This document shows, piece after piece, positions 52,611-64,000 of a stretch of DNA of 64,000 bases. The first letter of the stretch is position 1, and the number at the start of each line of letters is the position of its first letter. Location: contig NC_083288.1 in assembly GCF_963506605.1 (NCBI RefSeq), positions 41,726,001 through 41,790,000 of the forward strand. Direction: 5' to 3'. The notes under the pieces are model-generated. The model saw only the letters and a list, made by a program, of their open reading frames with translations, was not told where the DNA came from and searched no databases. The stretch comes from Zootoca vivipara. Its lineage: Eukaryota. A program made the translations under genes and the position numbers.

Positions 52611-53360
52611 GGAGGAATTAAAGAACCTTTTAATGAGGGTGAAAGAGGAGAGTGCAAAATGTGGTCTGAAGCTCAACATAAAAAAAAACCCAAGATCATG
52701 GCCACTGGTCCCATCACCTCCTGGCAAATAAAAGGGGAAGAAATGGAGGCAGTGAGAGATTTTACTTTCTTGGGCTCCATGATCACTGAAGATGGTGACA
52801 GCAGTCACGAAATTAAAAGACGCCTGCTTCTTGGGAGAAAAGCAATGACAAACCTAGACAGCATCTTTAAAAGCAGAGATATCACCTTGCCGACAAAGGT
52901 CCGTATAGTTAAAGCTATGGTTTTCCCAGTAGTGATGTATGGAAGTGAGAGCTGAAACATAAAGAAGGCTGATCGCCAAAGAATAGATACTTTTGAATTA
53001 TGGTGCTGGAGGAGACTCTTGAGAGTCCCATGTACTGCAAGAAGATCAAACCTATCCATTCTTAAGGAAATCAGCCCTGAGTGCTCACTGGAAGGACAGA
53101 TCGTGAAGCTGAGGCTCCAATACTTTGGCCACCTCATGAGAAGAGAAGACTCCCTGGAAAAGACCCTGATGTTGGGAAAGATTGAGGGCACTAGGAGAAG
53201 GGGACGGCAGAGGACGAGATGGTTGGACAGTGTTCTCGAAGCTACAAACATGAGTTTGACCAAACTGCGGGAAGCAGTGCAAGACAGGAGTGCCTGGCGT
53301 GCTCTGGTCCATGGGGTCACAAAGAGTCGGACACGACTAAATGACTAAACAACAACAAAA
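52611..53360 (+). mobile_element. BovB (RTE) LINE, 5'-truncated
   Basis: [40 protein letters not shown], tail AAACAACAACAAAA. Confidence 0.95.
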
Positions 53361-53993
53361 CCAACCAAAGCTGTAGTGAAAGTCAATAAAAGAGCAAAAG
53401 TGACTAAACTGATTCCCAGAGGCTCATTGTAAGACAGGAAGCTTATATCTTTTGGAAGACATATATCCTGGCCAATGTTTGGGTACTGATCTTCTGGACA
53501 TTGAAAACAGTCGTCCATGTCTGAAAACACAAAACAAAAACCTGTTTACTGAAGACTTTTAGAGTCCAGTGGTGGTAGGGGGAAAGGCTTTTTTGTTTTA
53601 TATCCCATTTTTTACTTGACTCTTCAAAGCATTCAACAATATTTAGAAAACAAGGCAAAACTACCAGCCCCTTGAAACAGCAGTGAGCACCGAATGTTTC
53701 TTTGTTCAGTTAGCTCTGTCTTTACCCAACTAAACCAGGCGCTGATGTGGTATTTTGCTCTGTTCTTCCTTCCCACAAGGCAAGTGTCTGTTGGCCCTAG
53801 TCCACATTTCCCCCCTATATCTCTCATTCAATGTCATATTTGTGGAAATAATGCAGATAGATGCACATTTCATAAACTACTTCAATATTTTGGTGGAATG
53901 CAATTAAATCTCAGCAGACTACAACCCTCCAAGCGTCCATATTTTCCAGGGATGTCCTGATTTGATCCCCAAATGTCCCACTTTTCCTTAGGA

Positions 53994-54500
53994 CAGTGAT
54001 GGCGAACTTATGACACACGTGTCAGACGTGAGACACAGAGCCCTCACTGTTGACACACGCCCCATCGGCCCATTCGCGCTGTTGTTGTTTCCCCCCCCAT
54101 TTGTTCTTCCGCTCCTCCTACAGCTTGTCTCCGCTAGAGCTTGTCTCCGCTAGAGCTTGTCTCCGCTGTTAAAACCAGGATCCTTTTTTGTTGTTGTTGT
54201 TGCTGGTAGCCAAAGATCGTTTTTAACCCTTTCTGTGCTGTTTTTTCCCCATGCGCTTTGGCAGACTATGATTGGGTGTAACAGCGTTCGTTTTTTAACC
54301 CGTTCTGTGCTGGCTTTTTTGGCGCTTTGTCAGAATATGTTGGTGCTGCGTGTTAGTTCCAGCGAAGGTATTATTCATCATTTAATTCTGTTCTCTCCCC
54401 CCCCCCAAAAGCGCAACAGCTTTGGGGTATCCCCCCCAAAAGCAAAGCAACTTTTGCACACACCCCCAAGCTCAACAACTCTGGGCACTTTGTGATAAAT
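53994..54500. mobile_element. hAT-like non-autonomous DNA transposon fragment, containing a 16-bp x3 tandem repeat at ~54122-54167
   Basis: Starts CAGTGATGGCGAAC; (AGCTTGTCTCCGCTAG)n inside. Right end not clearly seen. Confidence 0.55.
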
Positions 54501-54715
54501 AAGAGGGTTTTGGTTTGGTTTGGTTAAATAATAACATATTGGATTCAGTGGTGGGTGGGATGCCCCCCCCAAGACTTCCACCCCCTTTAAAAATTTTATT
54601 TATTAATTTTGCCAAGCACATAAAGCTGAGTGCCCACATGTTAAATGTGTGAGTAGTGAGTTCTCCCTCTCCTCTGCTCCATCTCTCTCTCTCCCCCCTC
54701 TCATGTATTTGTGTA

Positions 54716-55079
54716 GGTAAAAAGGTAAAGGTAAATGACTCCTGGATGGTTAAGTCCAGTCAAGGAGACTATGGGTTGCGATGCTCATCTCGCTTCAGGC
54801 CGAGAGAGTTGGCGTTTATCCACAGCTTTGGCCACATGACTAAACTGCCTCTGGCACAACAGAACACCATGATGGAAGCCAGAGCGCACGGAAACACCAT
54901 TTACCTTCCCACCACAGTGGTAGCTATATATCTACTTGCACTGGTATGCTTTCGAACTACTAGGTTGGCAGAAGCTGGGACCAAGCAACAAGAGCTCACC
55001 CCATTGCACGGATTTGAACCACTGGCGTGTTGATTGGTAAACCCAAGAGGCTCAGTGGTTTTAACCACAGTGCCACCCA
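54716..55079 (-). mobile_element. Sauria SINE
   Basis: AAAGGTAAAGGT tail and CTCAGTGGTTTTAACCACAGTGCCACC head, reverse of the copy at 62832. Confidence 0.85.
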
Positions 55080-57639
55080 CTTCAATCAGCTGACAGTAGT
55101 GTTCAATGTGGAGACTTGGTACTTGCCTATCCTGCCATCACATGCTTAATGAATGAAATGGGGTTTTAGCTCCCCCCCCCACAAATACAGTGAATGAGCA
55201 TGCCTAATATTAATTGGAGGTGGGTTCTAGAATGTTGGTGCTACCGCTCTGAATTAATGAATCCTTGTAAGTGCAGAAGGAACATTAAGTGGCATATGAA
55301 TGTTCAGATTGAACAAGGCTCACTATATTTACAGAATACTGAGAAACAGCCGTTTGGGTAACTATCTTCTTCCTGACCATTTGGCAGGTGATGGAATGAA
55401 CCCTGAAAAGTGCAGAGAACCCACCTGGTTAAATTGGTTGGGCCATACAATGGCATCCACATGAATGATGAACGATTTTTCCTGGGTACCCAGAGAGTCT
55501 ATCTTCCCAATTTTGACTCTAAGAAAGGACTGATTTGGAAACATGAGCCAGTTTATAATGTCAAAGTCAGCAAGTAATTTGCCATTTTCATCAAAGTGCA
55601 CCTTTTCTCCTGCACTGTTGTTAAATGAAATACTTTTGAGAATGTGGTGGAGCTAAATAATATAAATAAAAAGGAAATTTATATAAATGTTCTAATTATG
55701 TTATCATAGAACATGGTGAAAATACATCCAAGGTTCAGGATTATGATCCCATGAAAGCTTTGTGCAAGGGAATTTTAGAATTCAATCCTGAGCTGAGGAT
55801 TTTTAAAAAGAAGTAAGAGGGAGAAAGTGATTCTCAATATAAAACATTTGCTTGTGCGTATTTGTGTTCTGTGTTTGAATTTTTCATGATAGGCTTCTCA
55901 AAGTGTTGTGATTATATCCAAACATCTACAGAAATCCAATCTACCCTTCAATGCTTATATAAGGGGGATTAATGTGAATGAAGGCCCATTGCTTCTATCA
56001 GTGAGAGGCAATATCACACAAAGGCACGGCTGAACTAAAACTATGACACTGCAGACAGCAGTAGATTCAGTCCTGTTGGAAACTGTTTTGCCAACACATT
56101 CCCTGGAAGGAACATATTTATTTGACTTGTGATTTTGAACTAATATTCGCATTTGCTTTCCAAACAGAGACAGCAGCGCATTTTAAAATTTGTGTTGAAG
56201 GAACAAATTTTTATCTTGAAGCTGCTCACAATAATGACAGCATTGTTGTTGTTGTTGTTATTGTGATTGTAATATAACAACAACAACAACAGTACAAACT
56301 CACAGTGATTCAAAATATCAGAAATAGCTGCTGCAGGAGTGAATTTTCCAATGGTGAGTAGAGGATACAATCCTGCCAGGGTCACCTTCTTTTCATTTTT
56401 GGCAGGGACCATACTGGTGAAGCAGATCCTACAGATTGCAGGATTGAATTCTCTGCTTACCTGCCGGGGTCTACTTTCCCTGTGCATTCCCTGCAAAGAA
56501 CACACTGGTGAAGCAGGCGCCTGCAACTATCAGGACTGAATCCTCAACTCACCAGATGCTCTGCCTAGGGGATTCTACTGCTCCATCTGAATGTGTGTTT
56601 CAGTCAACTGCTTGGTACAGTCACGTGCTGACAAATCTTCCTACCCAAGACCCTGTCCCTGAAAGCCTGAGAGCACTCCTGGGGGCCAGACTGAATCTGG
56701 GACTGTCTCTACCTAACTCATCTCATTCCACCCAAATTAGCTTTGACTGAATCTGATGCAAAGTCCTTGCAACTCCTTCTTGACTGCTCTCTCCCTGTGT
56801 TTGATGTGTGCATGGATCTGTCAATATTTATCCCAGTTTTGTGTTTTTAAATCTTATGTTTAATTCTCCATACAATCACATCAACTAGCATTTTTTAAAA
56901 CCTCATGAAAATTCATTACTGACTAAAATACAAATCTTATATACTATTTTTGCCTTATATGCACATTTTTGCAAATACACCAAAATAATGTTATTTTTAC
57001 AAATGTGCATTTTTATGCACACTTTACCTTAATCTGTGCATTTTTGGACACATTGTTTGACTGAATACATGCGTTCCACAATCAGGGTAAGTTTGAATTT
57101 CAGAGAATGGCTGCATGTAAATTCTGTGAAATTCTGATGTGAATGCATTTAGATCTTACTTGTGGTATCTTGTAGGTAGACAGGATGGGTATCATGTGAA
57201 GACAGACATTAGAATTAGGTCCCCCAATGACTGCTATTGGAGTGTTCTCAGCATCACATTTATAGTTCGGGATGACCCTGGTCCTTCTGGAGAGAAGCTC
57301 TATTGAGGCTTCATAGGTCCAGCTTGCACTGAAATGGCTGTTATAAATGTGGAAGCCCAGGGTGACGTTTGGCAAGATCTGGGGAGTTACACTGATCTCC
57401 TTTACAGCAAATACCAAGGCCAGGATGTGCTGGTAGAGGTGAGTCAGCACCCTGTATTGAGAGTTACATGCCACATTTACAGTTCATCTGCTTCAGACAA
57501 TAACATTGACTGCTTTTCAGTTCAGTATCCCATTCAAAAATAGTTTGTAATATCATATTTCACAGGTGTGTAAAAGAAGACTAGATAATGAAACAGTATG
57601 TGAATTAGTAGTATATATGGTCACCCTACATATGCATGA

Positions 57640-57698
<59 letters not shown>
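57640..57698. repeat. (CA)n(GA)n microsatellite
   Basis: Direct reading. Confidence 0.95.
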
Positions 57699-57702
<4 letters not shown>

Positions 57703-58501
57703 ATACACACAAGCAGATCACAGACCCCCTCATGGGCGTACCCAGCGCGGGGCCGGAGCAAAAAATAGAAGCAAAAAACAAGCATGGCAAAAGCGGCTCC
57801 CCGTCCTCCCCCCCCGCTCCCTCCCTGGCTGTCTCTCCGGCAAAGCCTCTCAAAGGGGGGGAGTTGTGAGCGGGAGCCGGTTCCCTGCGTTAGCCGTCCC
57901 AGCTGCCACGCCCTGCCTACTGCACCCAGCCAATAGGGCTGGCTTGGGGGCGGGGTTTAGTTGCATTCAAACAGCCACGGCAGCCCTGAGTCATCCATCC
58001 TTATTGCCTCCAGTCCTCCTTCGCTCAGCTGACTACCTTGGGCTTTGAGCCGGCAGCACCTCGCCGCTCGCCCCTTTCGGCTTTTCCTGGTTTGTCCACA
58101 GAAGCGGAATAGGTTCCTTCTCCCTGGGAGTGGTAACGTTCGGGGATCAGGGCTTGTACCTGTGGGGGGGGGGTCTTGTTTCGGAGGCTTTTTTCTTTGC
58201 TGATTACTTCCTAATTGGGCATTTTCTGCCTTTTAACTGCTTTACAGTTTAGCAAAGGCTTTTGGTGGGAAGGGGTGCATCTGGGAGCGTAGCTGAGCAT
58301 TTTTCCCTTCCTGCATCTGGGAGCGTTTTTTCCCTTCCTGCTCCCGAGTGAATTCAATAGACAATATTTATGATTGGCTAACATTAATGACCATGTCTAG
58401 AAAAAATTATATAACACAACTGCTGAACACTTGTTTGCAAATATCCTACTGCACATAAAAAGAAAAGCACAAAATACAGCAAAGTGCAGGTTATTATTTC
58501 T

Positions 58502-61500
58502 TTAATTTTTCTTCCTAATTAGCTGTTCCCTATTGTTCAGCTCTGGCCTCAGAATGATTATGAAACATTTGGGGGCAAAGATGCAGCTCAGCAACCCACC
58601 ACTGGAGGTTAAGATGGTGAAGATCTCCACAGCGACCATATATTTTCCTTTGGTGCTCAGATAGGAAGGAATAAAGGACAGCCAAACACTGCAGAAGACC
58701 AACATGCTGAAAGTGATGAACTTGGCTTCGTTGAAACTGTCTGGTAACTTCCTGGCGAGAAAAGCCACAGCAAAACTTACAGTTGCCAGGCAGCTCATGT
58801 AGATGAGGACACAGTAAAACATTGTCACAGACCCTTCATTACATTCTAGTATGATTTCTTCTGTCACTGAGTGCATGTCCACATCTGGGTATGGGGGAGA
58901 GGTTGCCAGCCACACAGTACATATCCCTGCTTGAACCATGGAGCAGGAAAGGAGAATGGAGTGGCCTAGTCCTTTCCCCACCCATTTCCTCATCCTGGAT
59001 TCTGGTTTTGTAGCCAGGAAGGCCAAAACCACAGTTAAAGTTTTTGCCAGGACAGAAGAAACAGCGGTTGAGAAGATGATGCCAAAAGCTGTTTGTCGGA
59101 GGAGGCAGGTCACCTTCTCTGGTCGGCCAATGAAGAGCAATGCACAAAGGAAGCAGAGCAGGAGAGAGATGAGGAGAGCGTAGGTGAGGTTCCGGTTGTT
59201 TGCAATGACAATGGGTGTGTCGTGGTGTTTCATAAATGTACCTAGTACAAGAGCTGTGATCAAGGAAAGGGAAAGAGAGAAACAAGCTAAACTGATTCCC
59301 AAAGGTTCTTCATAAGACAAGAAGCTGATATCCTTGGGTAGACATGCATTCCGGTTCTTGCTTGGATATTCTTTGTCTGGGCATTTATTACAGTCATTCA
59401 TATCTGGAGAAAATAAGGAAATGGTCTTTAGCTCATATCACCTTGTTGGGTCCGATGTTGACTTTCTGTCTGAGAAGAAAAGAGCTCTGCTCAAATTAAA
59501 ACACATATTTCATAATGTCTGATACTCTGTAATGTGGTATTGTTGTATATAATTGGTTCAGAGCTATTGGTCTATAAACTGCAGAGCCAGGGTCATTCCT
59601 CCACCTGATTTTGTAACATATCATTACAGTAGCCTGGTTGCCGCCTCTGTAAGTCAAAGAATGTAAAGCCCCTTCTACATTTGATTTGAATCACATATCA
59701 CCTGTCTACTCTCAATGCATAGTCATTCTCATATGATTAACATATTTAGACTATCTGAAGGGCAATGATCACAAAGAGGTAGGATCACACACAGTAGATC
59801 ATCTCCTCTTTTGAATCTTCAACTCAGCCATCCTTACAGCACCTTTTAATGCTAAGTGCTGAGTCTGAATCTATTTAATATATTTATTTCTCTTACCATC
59901 CTGGTTTGCAATCTTCCCCTCTGCACATGGGATGCAATCATAGCAGCAAGGGGGCTGTCCCTCCTTCACTTTCTTGCTGGATCCTGGAAGACAACTCTCA
60001 GTACAGACCGAAAGAGGCTGAGTCTAATGCATAAATGAAACAGCAGAAGGTTCAACAATAGACTTTTAATCCTTTATGTTCTTGGTCCTTTCTCTAAGTT
60101 ACCAAACTGACACAGCATTTCAGTAATATGTAATGGCTATAAAAAGAGCCATTGCTCCTTTTCTTATTATTATTAGCAATTTCTAGGACCCATCCGATGC
60201 TGCCAGGGAAAGTGTTCCAAATCCACTTCAAAGTTTCATGGTCTCTGAGCATGTATAGCCTCTTGTGCTGGGGAAATGAACCCAGAGGCTCCATTTGACT
60301 GGAAGAAAACCTGCCCTCCTGTCTCCAGGCGTTTTCATAGAAAAACTGATATTTCACCTGGACCTAATGACCCACATTCAAATGAAGAATTTTGTGATGC
60401 AAAACCCACATTTTCATGGATGCACTTGTAGTGGGGTCTGCAAATGTTTGGGATTAAGGTGAGGTAATCTAGTTTTTCTTATTTTCATTTGAACTAGGAT
60501 AACCTAAGGAATATTTACACTGTTAGCCTTGCTTAACTGCATTTTGTACGGTAGTAAAATGTTTTGTATCCTCATTAATAAAATATTTGCCTTGAATCTG
60601 TGTGTGGCTTCTAGTAGTAAGCTTTTGGCTCTTAATCTTTACCTGGATGTGTTGGTCATACACCACTCATCAATTTACGACTCAAGACAGTGAGTAGACC
60701 TGCAAGTGGATAATGATTGCTTATTCAATACTGAATTTCTTTTGAATTAGCAAACAATGCAACTCTACCTGGTTAAACCAACTGTGCCATGTGATGGCAT
60801 CTTCATCAAGGAATAATGATTGGTCTGGTGGAGCCTGCGGATCTATCCTCCCAACTCTCACTCTCTGCAAACTTTTGTTAGCAAATATAATCCAATTCAT
60901 AATATCCAAGCTAGATGCTGCCTCTCCATTCTGGTTGATGAAGACCACATCTCCTGCCGTATTGTTAAATGAGATATTTCTCAGAAAGTGATGGAGCTAG
61001 ATTGAAAACAGAAAAGACAAGGGTTTGGAAAAGATTGCAGCTTCCAGGATGGAGTAGTTCTTTTTTCTGTGGGAAGAACCTACAACAAATGGGTGTGTGT
61101 GTGATTCCATCAACTGCCAGTGGATTCAGGTCCAAGCATGGAGAGAGTCAATAAACTTTCTTTCACACAATTTCTCTCACACATCAATTTTCTTTCTCTC
61201 TCTCTCTCTCCCCCCGCCCCCGAACATCTCGGAAGACACGGCAGTGGTGTGTATCCACCAGCTCTAAGGAAGGATTTTGTTGATATGGGATGGAGGGAAT
61301 GCTGAACATCTCTCTCAACCATTACCACTACTTCCTATATATGAATGCAGTGGCACCTCACTGGGCTGTAAAGCTTCCCTCATACCAATGCTTTCTGCTC
61401 GAACACAGGGCAGTACCTGCTCAAAGAAGGACACAACCATCATTTCCCTTTCCCATAGGGTCTACTGCCATTTGCAAGCCGAACAATATACGGGGAATCT

Positions 61501-64000
61501 TCTAGGATACTATCATATCAGTGCCACCTCTTACTTTGTTTTCAGAATTATAAATTCAATTCTGGGTTCCTCTTCCTCATGCACTAGTGCAAGTGTTTGA
61601 CCTCTGAGAGGAAAGAGCAAGCTGAAAGCATTTTGGGAACCCATACATTGTCAGGAAGGAACAGGGCTCTGCAAGTTGAGGATGTTCAGCCTTTACCTGC
61701 CAAAACTCTTGATTTGGATTCTTCCCACTCCCTCCATATGCAATTACTCTGTGTCTGAGTCTGGATGTGGACATGGCATGTAAAGCATGGGCCATGGCAT
61801 AGACAGCACTGTGGATGCTGTAACTGTGGCCTGTCATGCTCATTTCAAAAAGTGATCCAGGAAGGCTCTCCAGCTTCTCTTCTCCTGTGCACATATTCAC
61901 CTCAACCTTGTCTGAACTGATATCTGGGAGTACACATTCAAAGGCTTGTTGCCAGAAGTCCCTGATAAAACCGTCCCCATCTGTGCTGGAAGGGTTTCTG
62001 TGCAGAACATACTGATGAAATCCTGGTGGGTTTCTGAAGTGAATTTCTAAGGTTATAGCGCCATTGAATATTCCTGAATCCCAATACCTTTGAAAGACAA
62101 ATGAAGCAAACTCAACCTGGGCTGTTGTTATCCATACTTTACTTTTTACATTCTTTGTTATGTCATCATGGTTTGATATGTATGAAAGGACCATAAAAGT
62201 TGCCATGGAATAAGATTCTCCAGAGGCAACCACTACATTAGCTTTGCTGCTAAAAATTTTATTGCTTATTATTGCCCCCTGTGTTACCATGCCAAAAATT
62301 TCAGAAATAAAAGTAAAATTGGGGATTCTTTCTAGGAATGCAAAGCAGACACCATTCTTGGTAAACATTGGGGAAATGGTTTGCACAAATCTTTCTCCAT
62401 TGTCATTGTCTGTTGCAATGACTCCAATCCACGTCCACCTGAAATGCAGAAGCAAAGAGAGAATTCCCTTATACTGAAGGGCTTCTGGGGCTGCCATCTG
62501 GTAGAAGCGAAGCCCTGGGCTTTTATCATTCATCACTGGAGCAGAGCCGTAAATGAGCTAAAGCGGGAATGGAGGAAGAGAAGAGACAAAGTAATAGTTG
62601 CAGAATTCTTTCAAACTACTCATATACATTATGTAGTGAATCCTGTTAGTCAGATATGCCCTTGGCCACCCACCAGGCATTGCATGCCCTCTCTCATTTA
62701 CATAAATGACAAACATGCATATGGTCTGGAAATTGGGATCATCTCCCATTCCTGTTTTTTACACATTTGTTCTGTTGACCCGAAATGGGCATACTTTCAA
62801 AATTTGGCAGGGTCTTGTACGATGGATATAATGGACCCAGGTGGCGCTGTGGTTAAACCACTGAGCCTAGGGCTTGCTGATCAGAAGGTTGGCGGTTCGA
62901 ATCCCTGTGACAGGGTGAGCTCCCGTTGCTCGGTCCCAGCTCCTGCCAACCTAGCAGTTCGAAAGCACGTCAAAATGTAAGTAGATAACTAGGAACCGCT
63001 ACAGCGGGAAGTTAAACCGCGTTTCCATGTGCTGCTCTGGTTTGCCAGAAGCGGCTTTGTCATGCTGGCCACATGACCTGGAAGCTGTACGCCGGCTCCC
63101 TCGGCCAATAATGTGAGATGAGCACGCAACCCCAGAGTCGGTCACGACTGGACCTAATGGTCAGGGGTCCCTTTACCTTTACCTTTACCTTTACCTTGTA
63201 TAATGGATAAAACTGATTGGAGGGACACACCATACCCTAAACAGAGGATTGCCTACCCCTACATGAGACATTATTTACTGTAGCCATGTCAGAATTGCAA
63301 CTTGGGTTGGATACAAATTCCTTCTCTCAAGCTTCTTTTGTCTTCACTATGCACATACCCCAACTGACACGACTTCCATTTCTGCTCCTCCTCTCCCAAG
63401 GCTTCTCAGACTTCACTTATGAACATTTATTTCACGATTTCATTTCTGCCTCCTCTTTTTCAAGACTTCTTAGACTTTGTCTAGGAACACTTATTTCACT
63501 TTGTAACCAGCTGCTCAAAACTATTGATGTTCTCCTGCAGAACTGGACGGTATCTGCAATTTGCCATAACTCCAGAGTATGTTTAACTTGAAAGCCCTTT
63601 CCCCCTAAAGATTCACATTTTGGGTGTGGTGTTCTGAAGAGGAATAATAATTCTTCTTGGACTTCCTTGTGAATTTTTATCCTGTAAGCAATTCCCCCGC
63701 TTCCCCTGCAACTCAATTCAGTTACCGTTTTCATTAAGCAGGAAATGCTTCATATCCAAAACTGGCTGGTGAGGGTGGAGTGCATGGTTCTGCCCCCAAT
63801 TTCATCCTCGCCCTGAAGTGGGAATACACTCTGAACTGGTGCTGTGAATTCAGCCTCATTCTCTATGCAAGCTAAGAGAGGTATTGTACATGGGTGTCTT
63901 ACCTGTGGAATCTTATAGATATCCAACACTGTTGCCACATAAAAGGAGATTTCAGAATCAAGTCCCCCAACGACCCCAGCCAGATTATTTTCAACACCAC
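58502..64000 (-). CDS. Vmn2r: V2R gene F, 5' end outside the window; paralogue of B/C/D
   Basis: e2 63903->64000, e3 61697-62557, e4 60769-60996, e5 59897-60023, e6 58502-59403. Open frames, canonical splice sites. Confidence 0.92.
62832..63196 (+). mobile_element. Sauria SINE, full length
   Basis: GGACCCAGGTGGCGCTGTGGTTAAACC..GGTTCGAATCCC head, (ACCTTT)n tail, degenerate TSD CTTGTA..ATGGATA. Confidence 0.92.

Larger units (their letters stand above)
53363..57451 (-). pseudogene. Vmn2r: V2R relic gene E (A-like subfamily): only exon 2, exon 4 and the 5' part of exon 6
   Basis: e2 57160-57451 (292 bp, close to gene A e2), e4 55425-55652 (228 bp), e6 start 53363-53520 ([19 protein letters not shown]) cut by BovB. 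I find no exon 1, 3 or 5 homology in the intervals. Confidence 0.85.

Noticed and set aside
62836-62905. tRNA-like A/B boxes (GGTTCGAATCCC)
   Set aside because: Head of a Sauria SINE, not a tRNA gene.

Overview
Eukaryotic (squamate, probably lacertid lizard, judged from Sauria SINE, BovB, L2, CR1 and Penelope content) genomic window holding a head-to-tail, minus-strand cluster of vomeronasal type-2 receptor (V2R, class C GPCR) genes. I reconstruct six loci using the canonical 6-exon V2R layout (about 218/292/860/228/127/902 bp, GT-AG introns). Gene A (10185 to <1) runs off the left edge. Genes B (25444-12833) and C (38640-27320) are apparently intact. Gene D (51836-41856) has a 1-bp frameshift. 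Gene E (57451-53363) is a relic with only exons 2, 4 and the start of 6. Gene F (>64000-58502) runs off the right edge. B, C, D and F are close paralogues from tandem duplication; units B and C also carry an orphan 7TM exon from an E-like gene. Introns are dense in transposons. The most notable structures are: (i) a multi-template-switch junction at a BovB insertion that appears to have deleted the 7TM region of gene E; (ii) three breakpoints within about 15 bp of each other in TM1 of the E-type exon; (iii) a full-length ~2.1 kb non-autonomous L1-like element with a perfect TSD and a single coiled-coil ORF; (iv) conversion tracts and a hypervariable ligand-binding segment. I see no prokaryotic system, CRISPR array or rRNA/tRNA gene. 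Identities were judged by eye, not computed.
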